DNA from: the human T2T-CHM13v2.0 reference genome, Homo sapiens
DNA: 64,000 nucleotides
Strand: one strand, 5' to 3'
Assembly (NCBI RefSeq): GCF_009914755.1
Contig: NC_060937.1
A model generated the notes under the pieces. That model was not told the DNA's origin. It saw only the letters and a program-made list of their open reading frames with translations, and did no database searches. Each line of letters opens with the position of its first letter. Positions within the stretch are counted from its first letter, which is position 1. This document shows positions 27,884 through 42,128 of the stretch, piece after piece. The translations under genes and the position numbers were made by a program.

Positions 27884-28724
27884 GATGATTAAGGTACATG
27901 AGGCAAAGTGATACTGCTCCGGGTCAGAGTGTACACTGGGATGGGATGGAGAAGTGGTAGGCAGGTAAGGTATTTGATGACTTGGCTACAGCTGAGGTGG
28001 TTTTTATCTTAACTAGAATTCCTTGTAAATATTGACCAATGAAACTTAGTAATTGAAAGATAATTGAGTGCCTCATGGGCACTTTACTGATTACTGATCT
28101 AGGAATGATTTTAAATGATATGCCTGGTCCCTTGAAGTTGTTTATTGTAAATAAACTTGTAACTTATGCACTACATACACCTGACTAGTGAAGTGTATAA
28201 GCTGAGAGACACTAAAACCTAGTAGCATCCCTGGGTTAACTCATCCTGCAGAAGTCCTTGTCTTTCAGCATCTGAAAATACTTCCAGGGGTGAGAAAGGG
28301 ATAACAGAAATATGCATCTGCTGCCACTGGGGTCATCCCCATATTGATGTGAGAGGTTTGCCCATTTTGATTCTCTATTGTTTCCTTTATTATTTTCTAT
28401 TCCAGTTGGGTGTTGAATGAGACTAAAAGAACAAAGCTACTCATAATTAACCTGATCCTTTCTCACTACTGAATTTTTAAGTCTCTGATATCTGTACCTA
28501 CATGCTATGTCTTCTGCTTCCTTACTTCATTCATTGTTTCTTTTTTCCTCTCACCTGCCCAAGAGCTTTACTTCTTCCTATTATCAGTATTTCATTTTAA
28601 TTCCATAATAATCAGTTTAATAATACATTTCAATATCCTCAAGCTAAAATAAATAAAATTTTAACAGTTGTAATTAAAACAACCTACCACCTTCTCTCAA
28701 CAGGGAAATTTTGATAGTCTTATG

Positions 28725-29545
28725 ATAACTCAACAATGGGAAAATAAACAACCTTATTAAAAAATGGGCCAAAGACCTCAATAGACACTTTACAAAGAAG
28801 ATATAAAGATGACAAATAAGCCTGTAAAAGATGCTCATTATCATATGCCATCAGGGAAATGCAAATTAAAACAAGATACTACTACATCCCTATTGGAATA
28901 GTTAAAATCCAGAACAATGACAACATAAAATAGTGGCAAGGATGTGGAGCAAGAGAGTCTCTCTCTTAGACAACTATGGAGACAGTAAAAACATCAGAGG
29001 TTACAGGGGGTTATGGGGGAGAAAGAGATGAGTATGCGGAGCACAGAAGATTTCTTTTATAGATTTACAGAATACAAGTGCGTTATGGTTACATGCATAT
29101 TTTGTGTAGTGGTGAAGTCTGAGCTTTTAGTGTAACCATCACCTGAATAGTGTTTAGTATACCAAACAGGCAATTTCTCATTCTTCACCCCACTCATCAC
29201 TCCACCCTTTGGAGTGTCCCATGTCTATTATTCCACACAGAGAGGAGATTTTAGGGCAGTGAAACTATTTCATACTATAATGGTAGATGCATGTCATTAT
29301 ACATTCATTAAAACACACAATGTACAACACCAAGAGTGAACCTTAATATAAACTACAGACTCTGGGTTATAATGATGTGTCAATGCAGGCTTATCCATTA
29401 TAACAAATATACTACTCTGGTGGGGGATGTTGATAATGGGGAGGCTGTGCATTTGAGGATACAGGGAGTATATGAAAATTCTCTGCACTTTCTGTTCAAT
29501 TTAGCTGTTAACCTAAAACTACTTTAAAAAAATAAAGTTTACCTA
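28725..29545 (+). mobile_element. L1MC-like 3' region
   Basis: aaaatgggccaaagacctcaatagacac...; gattttagggcagtgaaact...aatgtacaacaccaagagtgaacc...aacctaaaactactttaaaaaaataaagt. Confidence 0.8.
29054..29238 (-). mobile_element. Short L1PB/L1MA 3' end nested in L1MC
   Basis: ttacatgcatattttgtgtagtggtgaagtctgagcttttagtgtaaccatcacctgaatagtg. The host L1MC resumes afterwards. Confidence 0.75.
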
Positions 29546-30808
29546 AAAGAAAACATCATGGGATATAATTAAACACCCAAATAGGGTGGCTATTATCTAT
29601 TTTTTAAAAAGCATTTGTATTGCTAGTAGCAATGTAAAATGATGCAGCCTCTATGGAAAATACTATGGTGGTTTTTCAAAAAAATTAAATATAGAATTAC
29701 CATATTACCCAGTAATTTTACCTCTGGGTGTAAAAAACAAGGATTAAAAAAATAAATAAAATGTAAAATAAATAAAAAGAATGTAGTTTTCTCCATTATT
29801 CATATCTATTTCATTTGATGCCATGATACTTTTGAAATAAAACGTCATTCCTTAAAAAAAGATATGCATATGAATGAATATGAATTTGTATAATGGTTTA
29901 TTGTCTCCATGACAGCACAAGATTTGTCTGTTTTGTTTATAGCTCAAGTTTCAGAATCCAGAAGAGACAGTTTTATATAATCAGGTTTTAATACTTATTC
30001 CTCACACACAAAAAATTCTATTTATAAAGACTGGAATAAAAGCACACCCTTTTTCAATTTCTAAATTTGTTGCTTTTTACAAATATTATTATAATATCTA
30101 TACATAATTTGAAAAAACCAACAAATTTAGAATTCATAACATAAAATATATTATATCTAAAACTAAATGTATGCCATATTGATAGATGTAAATGTGCCAA
30201 AATAATTTATATTTAAAGGCTCTTTTAAAAATAAAACGTATGTACTTTTAAAAAGTTAAGTTAAAACAAACCAGTCAAAAGGCTAAAAACAATCACAAAA
30301 CATCATAGGCATTGTGAACTTATTTTCAAACAAGTATTAACGCAGGTCAATTAATTAAAATTAATTAAAACAAATATAGCCACAATATAAAAAAAGATAT
30401 AATCTATAATTAAGAACTACAAGCTGAGTCTTGTTAAACTTTATATATTTGTTAGAACTTAAATATATTTCTAACTTATAATTTGTGATTGCCAATATAG
30501 AAAATATTAACACAGCTTTAAAATATAACCCATGTCAAAATGAGGTGCCTAATAAATTCTTATACTGTGGTTCAATGCAGAATCCATTCATTTTTAATAT
30601 CTTACGGGTAATACGCCATAAAATTACACATGTAAAGTGATAATCCTAAAATACTAAACTTCGGGTTACTAAATGCAACCATTGCTGTGTTGATTAATTA
30701 TTAAGAGATACACCTTTTATTAATATTGTGGGCATAGATAAAGACAGAAATCATAGAATATTCTTCAATTCTGTTACCTCCATAAAAATTTTATGGCACC
30801 TTGCTGTT

Positions 30809-31104
30809 TTTGTTTGTTTTTTGAGACCGAGTCTCACTCTGTCGCCCAGGCTGGAGTGCAGTGGCTTGATCCTGGCCCACTGCAATCTCCGCCTCACATG
30901 TTCAAGCGATTCTCCTGCCTCAACCTCCTGAGTAGCTGGGATTATAGGCATGTGTCACCACACCCAGCTAATTTTTTTATATTTAGTAGAGAAGGGGTTT
31001 CACCATGTTAGCCAGGCTGATCTCGAACTTCCGACCTCTGGTGATCCACCCGCCTCAACCTCCCAAAGTGTTGGGATTACAGGCATGAGCCACCATGCCC
31101 GGCC
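30809..31104 (-). mobile_element. AluS (Sx/Sq-like)
   Basis: Full dimer with TSD GG(C/T)ACCTTGCTGTT at 30795-30808 and 31105-31118. Confidence 0.95.
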
Positions 31105-34100
31105 GGTACCTTGCTGTTAAAACACTTCTATAAATAATCTTTTACACGTTGAAAATAATATAGCAGGGAACCTATTTTTTTTAAATTAAAGTGATTATAT
31201 TGAATCTTGTGTGGATGAATATTTAACACATAATTCAGTTGAAAACAATATCTGCCAATTTTGTGTTAAATGGAATACATTACATTTGAAAAAACAGTCT
31301 CATTTAGATTTTACTTGTAACAAATATGTGTAATGAATTTGGGACTTCTCAAATACTTGCAAACAAATTTATATTTATAGGAAATAAATGTATACTTCAG
31401 AAAATAAAATATAAAATTTGAACGGAGCAATAATTTTTATAACTAATGTTTAGCAAATCAAATATAATACGCAATGTGAGCTCATGAAAGTGTTATGCCA
31501 GGAGATACCACAGACATTGTCATCTGTAAGAGTGTCTGTTTATTCCACAATTCCAGCAGAAACATTGTTGGTCCACTATATAAATGGCATCCACTGTATT
31601 GTTCAACAAGGTGTTCTTATTTCACAATTCTACCACAATTACATTTCTAATTTTAACATTTTGTTATGTAGGCATGCCCATTTTTGTAACATAATTGATC
31701 TTCCTAATTCCAATCATATTTTTTAAAAATTGGATTTTATTGAGGCAAAAATTATTTGGATTTAATTTCATGTCAAGAATAAGCATAATGAGAAAGTAAT
31801 TAAATTATTCAATCTCATTTAAAGTAGTTACCTCAAATGGACAAAGCCTTCTGGGCAAAAAATTTATCATCAGTGTAAGAGAAATTAATGAGAAAAAAAG
31901 ACAAAAAATAATAGAAAAATGGTAAAATATATAATTGTTCTATTCCTAGAAAATAAAAAAAAAAAACATGTAACCAACAAACTTTGAATGGTGATTAAAG
32001 AAATTAGCAAGGAGAAAAATAAAAAATAAAGTAATTACAACTTTTCCAAACAAAGATATGGCAATATTTTAAAATTTTGAGATTATCATTTATTGTTAAG
32101 CCTTACAAATACCATTATACATTGTGATTTATGTTTTGCTCTTATTTCAATGAACTTTTTGATCATTACATTGATGATTGGTTATTACTGTCCTGGAAAT
32201 ATTTTGATATTTTTATGTTGACCTTGTTTAAAGCAAACCAACTAATTTACTAACTTACTCTATCAATACAATAATATATTATCTTGCTTTTCCCAAATTA
32301 TTTATGCAATTGGTATCTTTATTTTTTTTTAACAACTCTTATACTTCTTTTTTGGTTTGACTTTAATGAAAATGCCTTGGTGTTTCACTAATAATTTAGG
32401 TGCTTTTCATGATTTTCTGATAAAAGTAGAGTTTGATTTTTATTGCGATAACCCTTAAAGAAGATCTTCTGTTTTCTTTTTAATATTATCATTGCCAACT
32501 GCATTTGGGGTTTAGACCATCATAGCCTGTTTTGTTATTTTCAGAACATGTTATGTTTTGTTTTACCTGGTGTATGGAAATATTAAGAGAGAAAAGGAAC
32601 CTCTCTATTCAATCTGTATTCTTAGTTATTCTTCCTTTGGCCTTCAGCTCTGCTTTCTTTCCATTGACAATTTTCTTTGTGTGGTTTGGATTCTTTCTTT
32701 ACTTAGAAAATGTTAAATATACTCACATTGCATTACGGTCTGCATCAGACCTTCCTGAAGCAATGGGAAGATTTCCAGTTTACTCTGTTTGAAATAATTG
32801 TTTTATAGGATTTAAAAATAAATTTGTATATATCATAAAGCATATTGTTTTAGATTCTTTCCTATTTGTCTAGGATTTATTAAATTATATAAACAGATTT
32901 GTAGCCAAATGACACTTATATGAAAGAAACAATATATTGTATCTACCTTCAGTATAACAGACACTTGACTAGTCACTTGATATTTAAAGCTTATACCTCA
33001 TTTCTACATTTTGAGATAATATTATTTTATTAATTAGGCAATAAGTTTGTACAGCTAAGGGCCAGGCTAGGTTTCAGAACTATATCTAACTAGCATCGAC
33101 AATTTAGCTATATAACACAAGATTTTGTTGAAGAAGGATGTCATAGACTGAAGATCTCTCTTTATCCTGCGTACATGCACTTGAACCTGTGTGTGTGCAT
33201 GTTAACAGAGACTTTTATGAGAACAAATTGTTGGATTGAGAGGGAAATAATTTGCATTTTAGCAAACAATATTAAATCTGTGTTATTTATGGTAACTGAA
33301 AATCAGCAAACTTCAATATAATGTTATCAGCACAAATACAAGAATGGGGCAAATTGTAGAAATCATAACTAGTAAGAGCTAATGCATAGAGGGGTCTATT
33401 GTATTGTTAAAATGTGTGGCATAGTGAATAACTGACAGATGAACTTTTGGAGACATGATATGGTTTATCATAATATTATTTATTTTATTGTTTTATTTTA
33501 AATTATATAACTTTGTACTAATTCCCAGTTGAAATTTTTTTGAAAAACTACATTGAAAAGAAATACAAAATTAATAATTCTGAAGTCTGTTTATTTACAC
33601 CTTCTTTCTCCTATTCTAGAATATGATCCACTTACAGAGTCAGAAGTTTATTTACTTATTTTTTTGTCCATTGTACCTGACAGGATATCTGTCATAAAAT
33701 TGGCTGCTTAAACATTTAACAAAATGTAATATTAATTCAATAGAAAGAACAGCCACATAAACAGTTTAGCTTAATTTAATTATGTTTCCATATAGTTGTT
33801 AAAATTACATTTTTAATGTGGGCTCCATGTGTCCCCCTACCCTAGGGTTTCATCAATAAAATAACAAAGTAGTGACATAAGACAAAAGCAGGGGTGTGCT
33901 CTTACCTAACATTTAAAGTAGTAACTTTTTTAAAAAGTAAAATTTGTTATCAAGACAATTTTCCCTTCTCTTTTGAACCTTTAACATTATACGAATAAAA
34001 AGCCTGGTATAGTGTTGAGCTGAACCTCACGAAGTGATAACATCTATCCACTAAATGTGCTACACTGTTCTAATTGAAAACAATATTCAGCAATACCATT

Positions 34101-36677
34101 AAGGTAATTAGAATCTGTATTGTAAATTAACAACTTTAAGAAAACTAATTTTCCAGATAAGATTGCATGGATAATGCAAGCAAATATGTAGCTAATAATT
34201 GGCATTTCAAAAGTATGCTCACCCTCTAAAGGAACATTTTAAGACAACATTTTCTAATTGTTACTAACTTTCATTTAACTTTTCAATAGTTGGATTTTTT
34301 TTCTCTTAAAATATCATTGACTTTGGACCACCTGGTTTATACCTAGCTGCCTTTTTTCTTCTTGATTAAAACAACTTTGGAGTACTTTCCTGTTATGTAT
34401 GCTTTTCTCTGCACTAGAGACATTTTAAAAACAGGCAAGAAAATAGTAATATACCTACAAAGTTAAAGTAACTATGAAAGAAAACCATCCATATAAAAAC
34501 AAAGTCTAGAAGCAGTGTTTAATATACCTTATCAGTCATAAGTCAGAAAAAATAATATAGACAAACTGACAATGCTTTATTTATAATATTAGGTATACAG
34601 ATTTTTTGGTAAATTTGATTAATAATCAAGAACATTTCTTTTTGATTATTTACCACTATTGTAAAATTCAGAGATTAGCAAAGCTACTACCATGGAGAAG
34701 CCTAGTAACATTCCTCTATTGTGCCTTCTTATAAAGTCACCTGTAAAATCAATGCTGTGTAACAGTTTTCTATAAGAATGACAATTTCCAGCACCTGCCT
34801 GTTGAAGTAGAAGCCCCACTGAAGTAATTGGTAGAGAATGAGTAACATGATAAACACCTGGAGTTGTTCCAGTCTTTCATCTGGGAGATCTTTCATGAAT
34901 TCCCAAACTAAAGTAGGCATCCTTACTATCGTTGTCATTGCATCAAGTAACTCCCTAAATCTAGCTCTCAGTAGACATCATTATAATAAAGTTACCACTT
35001 TCTGTTCTAGTCTGTATGCTCTTTATTTACACAAATAATTTCTGCCTTATCCACCACTGTATCTGCAGCACCTAACATAGTACCTGGCATAAAGTATATA
35101 CAAGATAAATACACAAAGAAAATAATGGATAACCAATTATTCTTTAAGAAATTTATCTAATTTCTTCAAGCCTTAAATATTGTATACAGATATTTAAAAT
35201 GTGCTTATCAAAAACCTTCAAAATACAACATTCTTATAATTTAGTCCAAGTGCATGCTTATATATATTTCTCCTGGCCTATGAACTCTTCCAAGGAAAGG
35301 AAATCTTATCTACCTTTATATCTCTAAGGCCTACTTCAGTAGCTATCTAATAGTAAGTCTAGATAAACTTTTAATGAACTATGTGTGAACAAAAACACGA
35401 AGTAGGTCAGGAAGAATTCGTCAGAACATTTTTCAATTCACCTTATTTAAATAAGACCTTATAAGTCTTTGAAAAGCTGAGAAACTTAAGTACATATTCA
35501 ATCTGTCTCTTTATGAATTATATATACACACGCACACTAAAACACACACATGCACATAAATTCTGCTAAATCCTGAAATACGTGAAGGGGAAGGTTTGTC
35601 TAGTTGTATAAAACTGTGCATTGCATAAACCAAAGTTAGAGAACATTACCTCTTTTAACCCACTAATTGGATGCTAGCATAGTTCTGCATGTTTGTGAAC
35701 TATTATGGAGAATGAAAATTCTTTTACTTTGGCTACAACTGGGAGAAGGCCTTAATTTAAATTGTGAGCCAACATAGGAAGCTATTTTATCCACTTAAAT
35801 AGCAGAATTGATATGCTATCAGGTCACCAAGGAAATTTTCAAAAATTTCTCTGAGTGGCAAAAGAAAGACCCAATGATATTTTCAGAAAAATATAAATGA
35901 GATACTTCAATCAAAATATCTTTTAGTGGTAATTTAAAACTCATTTGTGTTTTCTACTATCTTTGGCAAAGAAAGGCTTTTAATTGTGTTTCTTCAAGAA
36001 TGTAGGTAAAGTAAAAATACAAATAATTGTATATACTGCACCATGGGTAATATACAGTATTTAAAAAATCACAATTCCTTGTAAAGTCTTCTAAGCTTAA
36101 TTTACACTTAAAAATTATCAAAAAATCATCATTGGTTTTCTTAAAAATAGATTTGAATAACAGAAATAATCAATGCCTATAGCTTTATTCCCAACTGTCC
36201 TATTGACTCAAGTATACTTATCAACCTTAGCGTGACCTTGGAAGATTACAGATCAAGCCCATTTTTTCAGTGGTTTATAAATGTCGACTGATGTCAGGAC
36301 CCAGCTATGCCCTCTGTTGGTCTACTTATATTTTTTAACGTCTTTTCATTGGTCACACTAGATTAATTGGTACCAGGAACCAAGTTTTACAAAAAACACA
36401 TGTTAGAAACAAAAAATATTTCAAAAAAATAATTTGAAGAGAAAACATGTTTTTTGCCAGCTAGAAGTCATACACGCAACTCTGATCTATTCTTAAAAGT
36501 AAAACACAAACAGCACACACGCGCGCGTGTGGACACACACACACATCTTAAACCTAGAGGAGTTCCTTAAACTGGTTTAAGGCCATATATTTCTATAATA
36601 AACAATGTCCCAAAGGCTTTGCCCATCACTTTTCAGTCCAGGTCCCCTGAAAAGCAAATGCCAAGACGTGGTGAGAT

Positions 36678-36678
<1 letters not shown>

Positions 36679-36714
<36 letters not shown>
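36679..36714. repeat. (CA)18 microsatellite
   Basis: Perfect dinucleotide run. Confidence 0.97.
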
Positions 36715-36716
<2 letters not shown>

Positions 36717-36719
36717 GTA

Positions 36720-37050
36720 TGAGGTGAACTGCCTTTAAGAAAAAGTAAAGAGAGACGCAGGAGTGGCTAGGAGAGCTGAAAGCCATGAAGATGGGAGCTT
36801 GAGTGAAGGTGAAAGGAATGGAAGGAGGATTTAATGGAAGCATAGTAGACTGTGGTGTACTTCTGAGGAAAGTTCCAGCACAGCCAATGAAAAGTCGTTG
36901 AACCAATGTCTCATTAGAAGAGTCCAGCATCTTCTCGGAAAGAGACTACTTCACTATCCCTGCCACATCATTCGTGGTTGGGAGAAACCTGTGAGAAATG
37001 AAGCCTCAGCAGAAACATAGAGATGGACCCAAGAGACAGCTGATATTGTA
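36720..37050. mobile_element. Probable ancient ERVL-type LTR fragment (LTR16/LTR33-like)
   Basis: Purine-rich, GC-elevated segment with weak resemblance to old ERVL LTRs. No clear termini. Confidence 0.3.
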
Positions 37051-37278
37051 TGTCAGTTTCACTCTCTCTACTCAGAGATCTCAGAGGCTCCTGCTTATGG
37101 CTGCCTCCCTCACCCTCTGTCAAGATTTGCTCTAGACTCATTTCAGGACTCATACATTCATCTTTGTCTTTTCTGAAACAGGACCTGCAAAAATCTGTCT
37201 TCAACTGGTACATCACAGTAGGATGTGAAATGCATTTTTTGACTCAAATATAAACACACAAGTTTATATTTATCTTAT

Positions 37279-37570
37279 TGATAAATGCAGGAGGCAGACA
37301 AATGCCTAGGCAGATAAGGAAGGGTCCCTGGAGAATCTCCACCTTACCCCACAAGTGTTTATGCCAGATGATTTTGTGCAGATAAGGGAAACTGCCGAGG
37401 GTCTTGCCTGGGAATGGTCAGAACGGGCTGAAGGCCCACAGGCACTGGGGAAATGGGATAGAGCCACAAGGAGTTCACGCGTTATGCTGGGAAGGATCCT
37501 GGCCTCTTCAACTGGCCTGTGGTGGCCTGGTATTCAATTCATGAGGTGGAAACCTCCGTGCAGGACGCCT
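37279..37570 (+). mobile_element. MER61-like ERV1 LTR, 3' truncated
   Basis: Starts TGATAAATGCAGGAGGCAGACAAATGCCTAGGCAGATAAGG and contains ttgtgcagataagggaa. Confidence 0.65.
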
Positions 37571-40500
37571 GCATGCCTAATTTTTCCTGATTGTGAGATA
37601 AGAAGCCTGATTTAGCTGAATTCTGCATCATTATTAAATGTAAGCCTTTAGGGCCAAGTGTCAGGCCCCTCTCAGCTACATAATTATGCACATCCAAGAA
37701 TATGTTCACTTTTCTGCAACAGATTAAAAATCCATGGTCTGTCACAGATTTATAAAACTTCATGTCCTCAATTTTCTCCAAATTACCAATGACCCTGAAC
37801 ATTTTCAGGAGGAGTTACAAACCATTGTGTACTGTTATGTTCTTCACTGACTAGATTATAATTAATTACTAAAAGTTTTCTCCCAGCAGACAAATTCTTC
37901 AAAGTATATACAAAAGTGGACTGACCAATAAACTAATCCTGTGGAATTATGGGGATTTCTAGAAGGAGAGAAAGATAAATGGGTGAATATATTATTTACA
38001 TTCTATTCTTAAAATATTAACAAGTTTTTTTAAATGGACAAAATTAATAGGTGGATGAAAGTCCTAAAACACTTTTTTTTAAGCCTCTTTGGGTTTTAGA
38101 TATTTTATCTAAAATTTTATCTAAAATTTAAATCCACAGTCGTTCATTTAAATTTCAAGAGCAATTTAAGATCACTGCAACCGTCTGAAAAGCTGATCAT
38201 CACAACTCATGGACAAATAGGCAAAACTAGCAGAACACTGTGAAGGATGTAACTAAATCAGAAGAGATATCGGGGCTAAGTTAATCGCATGTGAAATTTC
38301 ACATTTCAATCTAAATAACTGATGAAGGTGATACAGGGCTTTCAAGAACAAGGGAAGTTCGATGAAAAGAGAGGAAAATCGAAGAGTTAATAGGTTTTTA
38401 ATTGCACCTGGAGTGTATCATTCCATTGAGCAAGAAGGACAACAAAGTCAAGTGTGCCAATAATTCTATTAAAAAAAACTTCTCCAAAATATGCTGAAAA
38501 AACTGACAATCACCCTGTTGGGCAGCCTATTGAAATCACTTCGATTTAACTATTCTTGTATTTCTAAAGAAGGAAGGTTTTTTTCCATTATGAAATTGCA
38601 GCTCATCAAATCTATTTTCTCAGACAATGACAATAACAATATTATATGGCATAAAGAAAAAATTTTGAATTACTTTCCCCTCTAAATTGTCCATACTCAT
38701 AGATTTTCTAACCACATAGTAAATTTTTTCATGAGAAAATTTTCTATGCCTTTTGATCTCTTTTATCATGAATTTTTTCTTACTCACAGGTTAATCACAT
38801 TAGCGAGACCATTTAAACCATTTGAGACATGTGATTTTAGATTGACAGATGATATCAATCTAAATGTTTTCCTTTTCTCTGAAGAGGTAGCTCGGGTTCT
38901 ACTCACATACATTCTCATCAGAATGCCAGATGTATTCTCTCTTTTAGAATCAGAAAAATAACCAGTCTAGTTTCTTGTAAATTTAATCATTCTAATTTAT
39001 GTGACATGTTACTCATAGAATGAGTTCAATAACATCTCTCTTTGTCTTCCTCAATACCCTGCCTGACAGAAGATAGTATTCAACCCATCAATGGCTCTCA
39101 TCTGTGGAAAGATATTGTAGTCTTTAAAACAGTCCTTACAAAACCATAATTTTCCTAATTTAAAAAAAACCTGAGAGACAGGTGTACCTATTTTTCTGGG
39201 ATCTTTTAGGTATAATTAAAACAGTGTTCCTCTCTTTTCTTGAAGTCACTAACTGAACCCCCATCCTTACTGATACTTTATGTGTAGGGTTTTGTTTGCT
39301 TGGTTTTTAGTGCTCACCTGTATGTTGTGTGTGCATGACTATTCACATTGACAACTAGTACCTCTTTGCTTTTAGCTAAGAGATACATTGTTTAAACTGT
39401 ATAACAGTAGGGATTTTGTGAATCCCTATCCTTTTTCTTTCCTCTCTCCCTCTTTGGAAATAATTTCAACTTGATGTTTTTATCCCTGAGTTTATATGAG
39501 TTCTGTATATTGATAATCTCATATTTTGTTATATTTCTATTATGTATACCAGAGATTATTATCTATTTATGGCTACTTTATTATAGCAAGTCCACAAACC
39601 AGCTATGCAAATTCAACTGTTTCCAACCTAGGCACAAGATCTGGGATATGATCTCTTTGTTAGCACCTTCTGTGGGGCTGATATTATCCAGTCATGACCG
39701 GACCCAGACTTAATACCTTATCATACTGGATTCCTGGGTGTATTTTGACCATGCCTCACTTGTTAAGCCCTTACAAACTTCAGCCATATTAGCTTTTCTT
39801 GAATCTCCCCACAGAGGATAGGAAGAGGGAAATGTCACTTATTTTATTGTAAAGTTAATTTGAGAGTTCTTAAAATTCTTCCAAACATAAATTGGGTGTC
39901 ACTGTCATCCTTATTGACAAGAGCAGTAGAAAAAAAGTGAAATTCTTAGAAAAAAGTAAGCTATAATCTTTGGAGCAAGGTGAAACCTTAACACATAGGA
40001 GAACCAAAATCTGCTTTTGACCTCCAGTGAAATATTTAAGGAGAAACCCACATGTCATCTCAAAAGCAGCAACAGCATTCTACTAATAATATTCCTCCAA
40101 ATTATTTCAAGACACTAATTAATTGGGAAAGATCCTACTTTTTATAGATCTGGAGATCACTGTGAGTCTCCTCTAAAAACTCTGGACATCAGTTACTTTT
40201 TAATGATTCAAACCATGTAGTAAACTTTAACAAGTTGTTCTAATCAAGCCCACTATTAAAAGGGACTTGGATTAAGGTCCAGGATGTGCCTCTTACTTCA
40301 AGAAGGTATATGTAACAGTCAGTGGATGGCCTGATATTTCCTCTTCATAATGGTATCTGTGCATTTATTCTGTTTTCTTGAATACATGTTTCTATGATTA
40401 TTTTTGGTTATTTTGCTTCTTGTAGAAGATATAATGCTACTATACCAAGAACCTTAGTTGAACAAGTTCCCAGCCAGCTGGATTTTTCCATACTAATTGG

Positions 40501-42128
40501 CTTCCAAGGATGTGAATAGGCCACTGACTGATCCAGATTTGCTTTAGACACATCATGTGTTACATACATCACATTTCCAGAGTTGATTACCACTCAAAAT
40601 CCTGACCTGCTCACTTTATCATTAACAGCTATATTCTGTTTTAGGAGACACTAGCTGACTAGGCATCCCAAAACCAAATTCAGGGGCTCTTTAGAAAATC
40701 AAGCTACCAATAATCTCAGTCATCTTTCCTTGGGGATAGAACTAATTTAAATAATTTAAGTTTAGTGCCAGACCACAGACCACAAATTAAATACAGTAAA
40801 ACAAATAATTCATCCACAATTTTCACACTATAAAATCGTGTTCATTACTGAATGGATTTAGAAAGTAACAACTGACTCTGTAAGAAATTAATCTATTTGC
40901 TAAATATGTGTACATGAACTAATCAATGTGCATCAAGGTCTGAGCTCCATCAATATTTCCACCAGACAGACTACTGTATAGCAAGCATGAAACTTATAGT
41001 AAAACAAAAAATATTATCTTGGGGAGTAGATTTTGCTAATAAGCAGTAAAATATAAATGTTGACAAGTAGACAATGAGTTTTATAGTTGTGGAAACCACT
41101 GTGTGTATGCAATAATTTCACCCATAAGACAAGTTTCTGTGAAGGCAATCCCACCTACATAACTGCTTTTAGATTACTCAAATAACAAACCACCAACACA
41201 TTTTTACAGGGATATTTTTTCCTTAACTTCTAATCAATCTTTGAAACATAAGAATAGACAGTTTTAAATCTGGAAATGGCTTTTTACTACTATATTCCTT
41301 GTATACAGCTACTATGCTAAATAGCATCTTTTCATTGTCAATAAAATTTCATTCAAAATAGTTTTCCCTTAAAATTGTAAAAATACTGTAATCCCTGCTT
41401 TTGCTTATTCAGTCCCATATAATCAGGCTTTGTTATTAGCTGGAAAATAGGCTTATAACATTCTACCTTTTAATTGAAAACTAAAACTGTAATGAGATTT
41501 TGTATTATATGAGAAGTCATTGAACACAATCACATATACAATAATAATTCCAGACAAAGATCTAGAAGAAATAACAAAAACTTAAAGTTTCATTAGGCTA
41601 TGTGATTACTTATATTATGATTAGAGATAAACAAATTGGAAAAAATAAAGCTTCCCAGGGCTTTTTGAACAATTAGCATTTTACCCAAAAATTGTATTAG
41701 AAAATTTTAAAATGAAACTTTGACATGACTGGTATAACCAAACAAAATTGAATGTCATGCATTCTCCACTGAAGCCAATATAGAAACATTTCAGCTTGCT
41801 AACAAATTTGTCCAGCTTTGGACATTTTTCTGAAGACAGTTACCCTAGTCAGTACTACACTTGTAATTCACAAAGTATCTTATGAAAAGCCATCTTAAAA
41901 GATTTACAATGGTTGTCCTTTTGATTTTACATTCACTATTTCCTCTTTTTTGATAATAAATATTGCCTTAAAGCTCCTATAGAAAGGATTTGAGAATATC
42001 TTCAAATGCCTTCACAAATAAGGAAAAGTAAATAGAATAGGAATACTTTTATGCAAATCTAGTTTTAACATAGAAATCAGGTTGGAATGAAGAAATCCTT
42101 TTTAGCAGAAAATCACAATTTGTACATT

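Noticed and set aside
37620-38530. Possible CR1/L3 remnants
   Set aside because: Only vague resemblance, and the boundaries cannot be supported.
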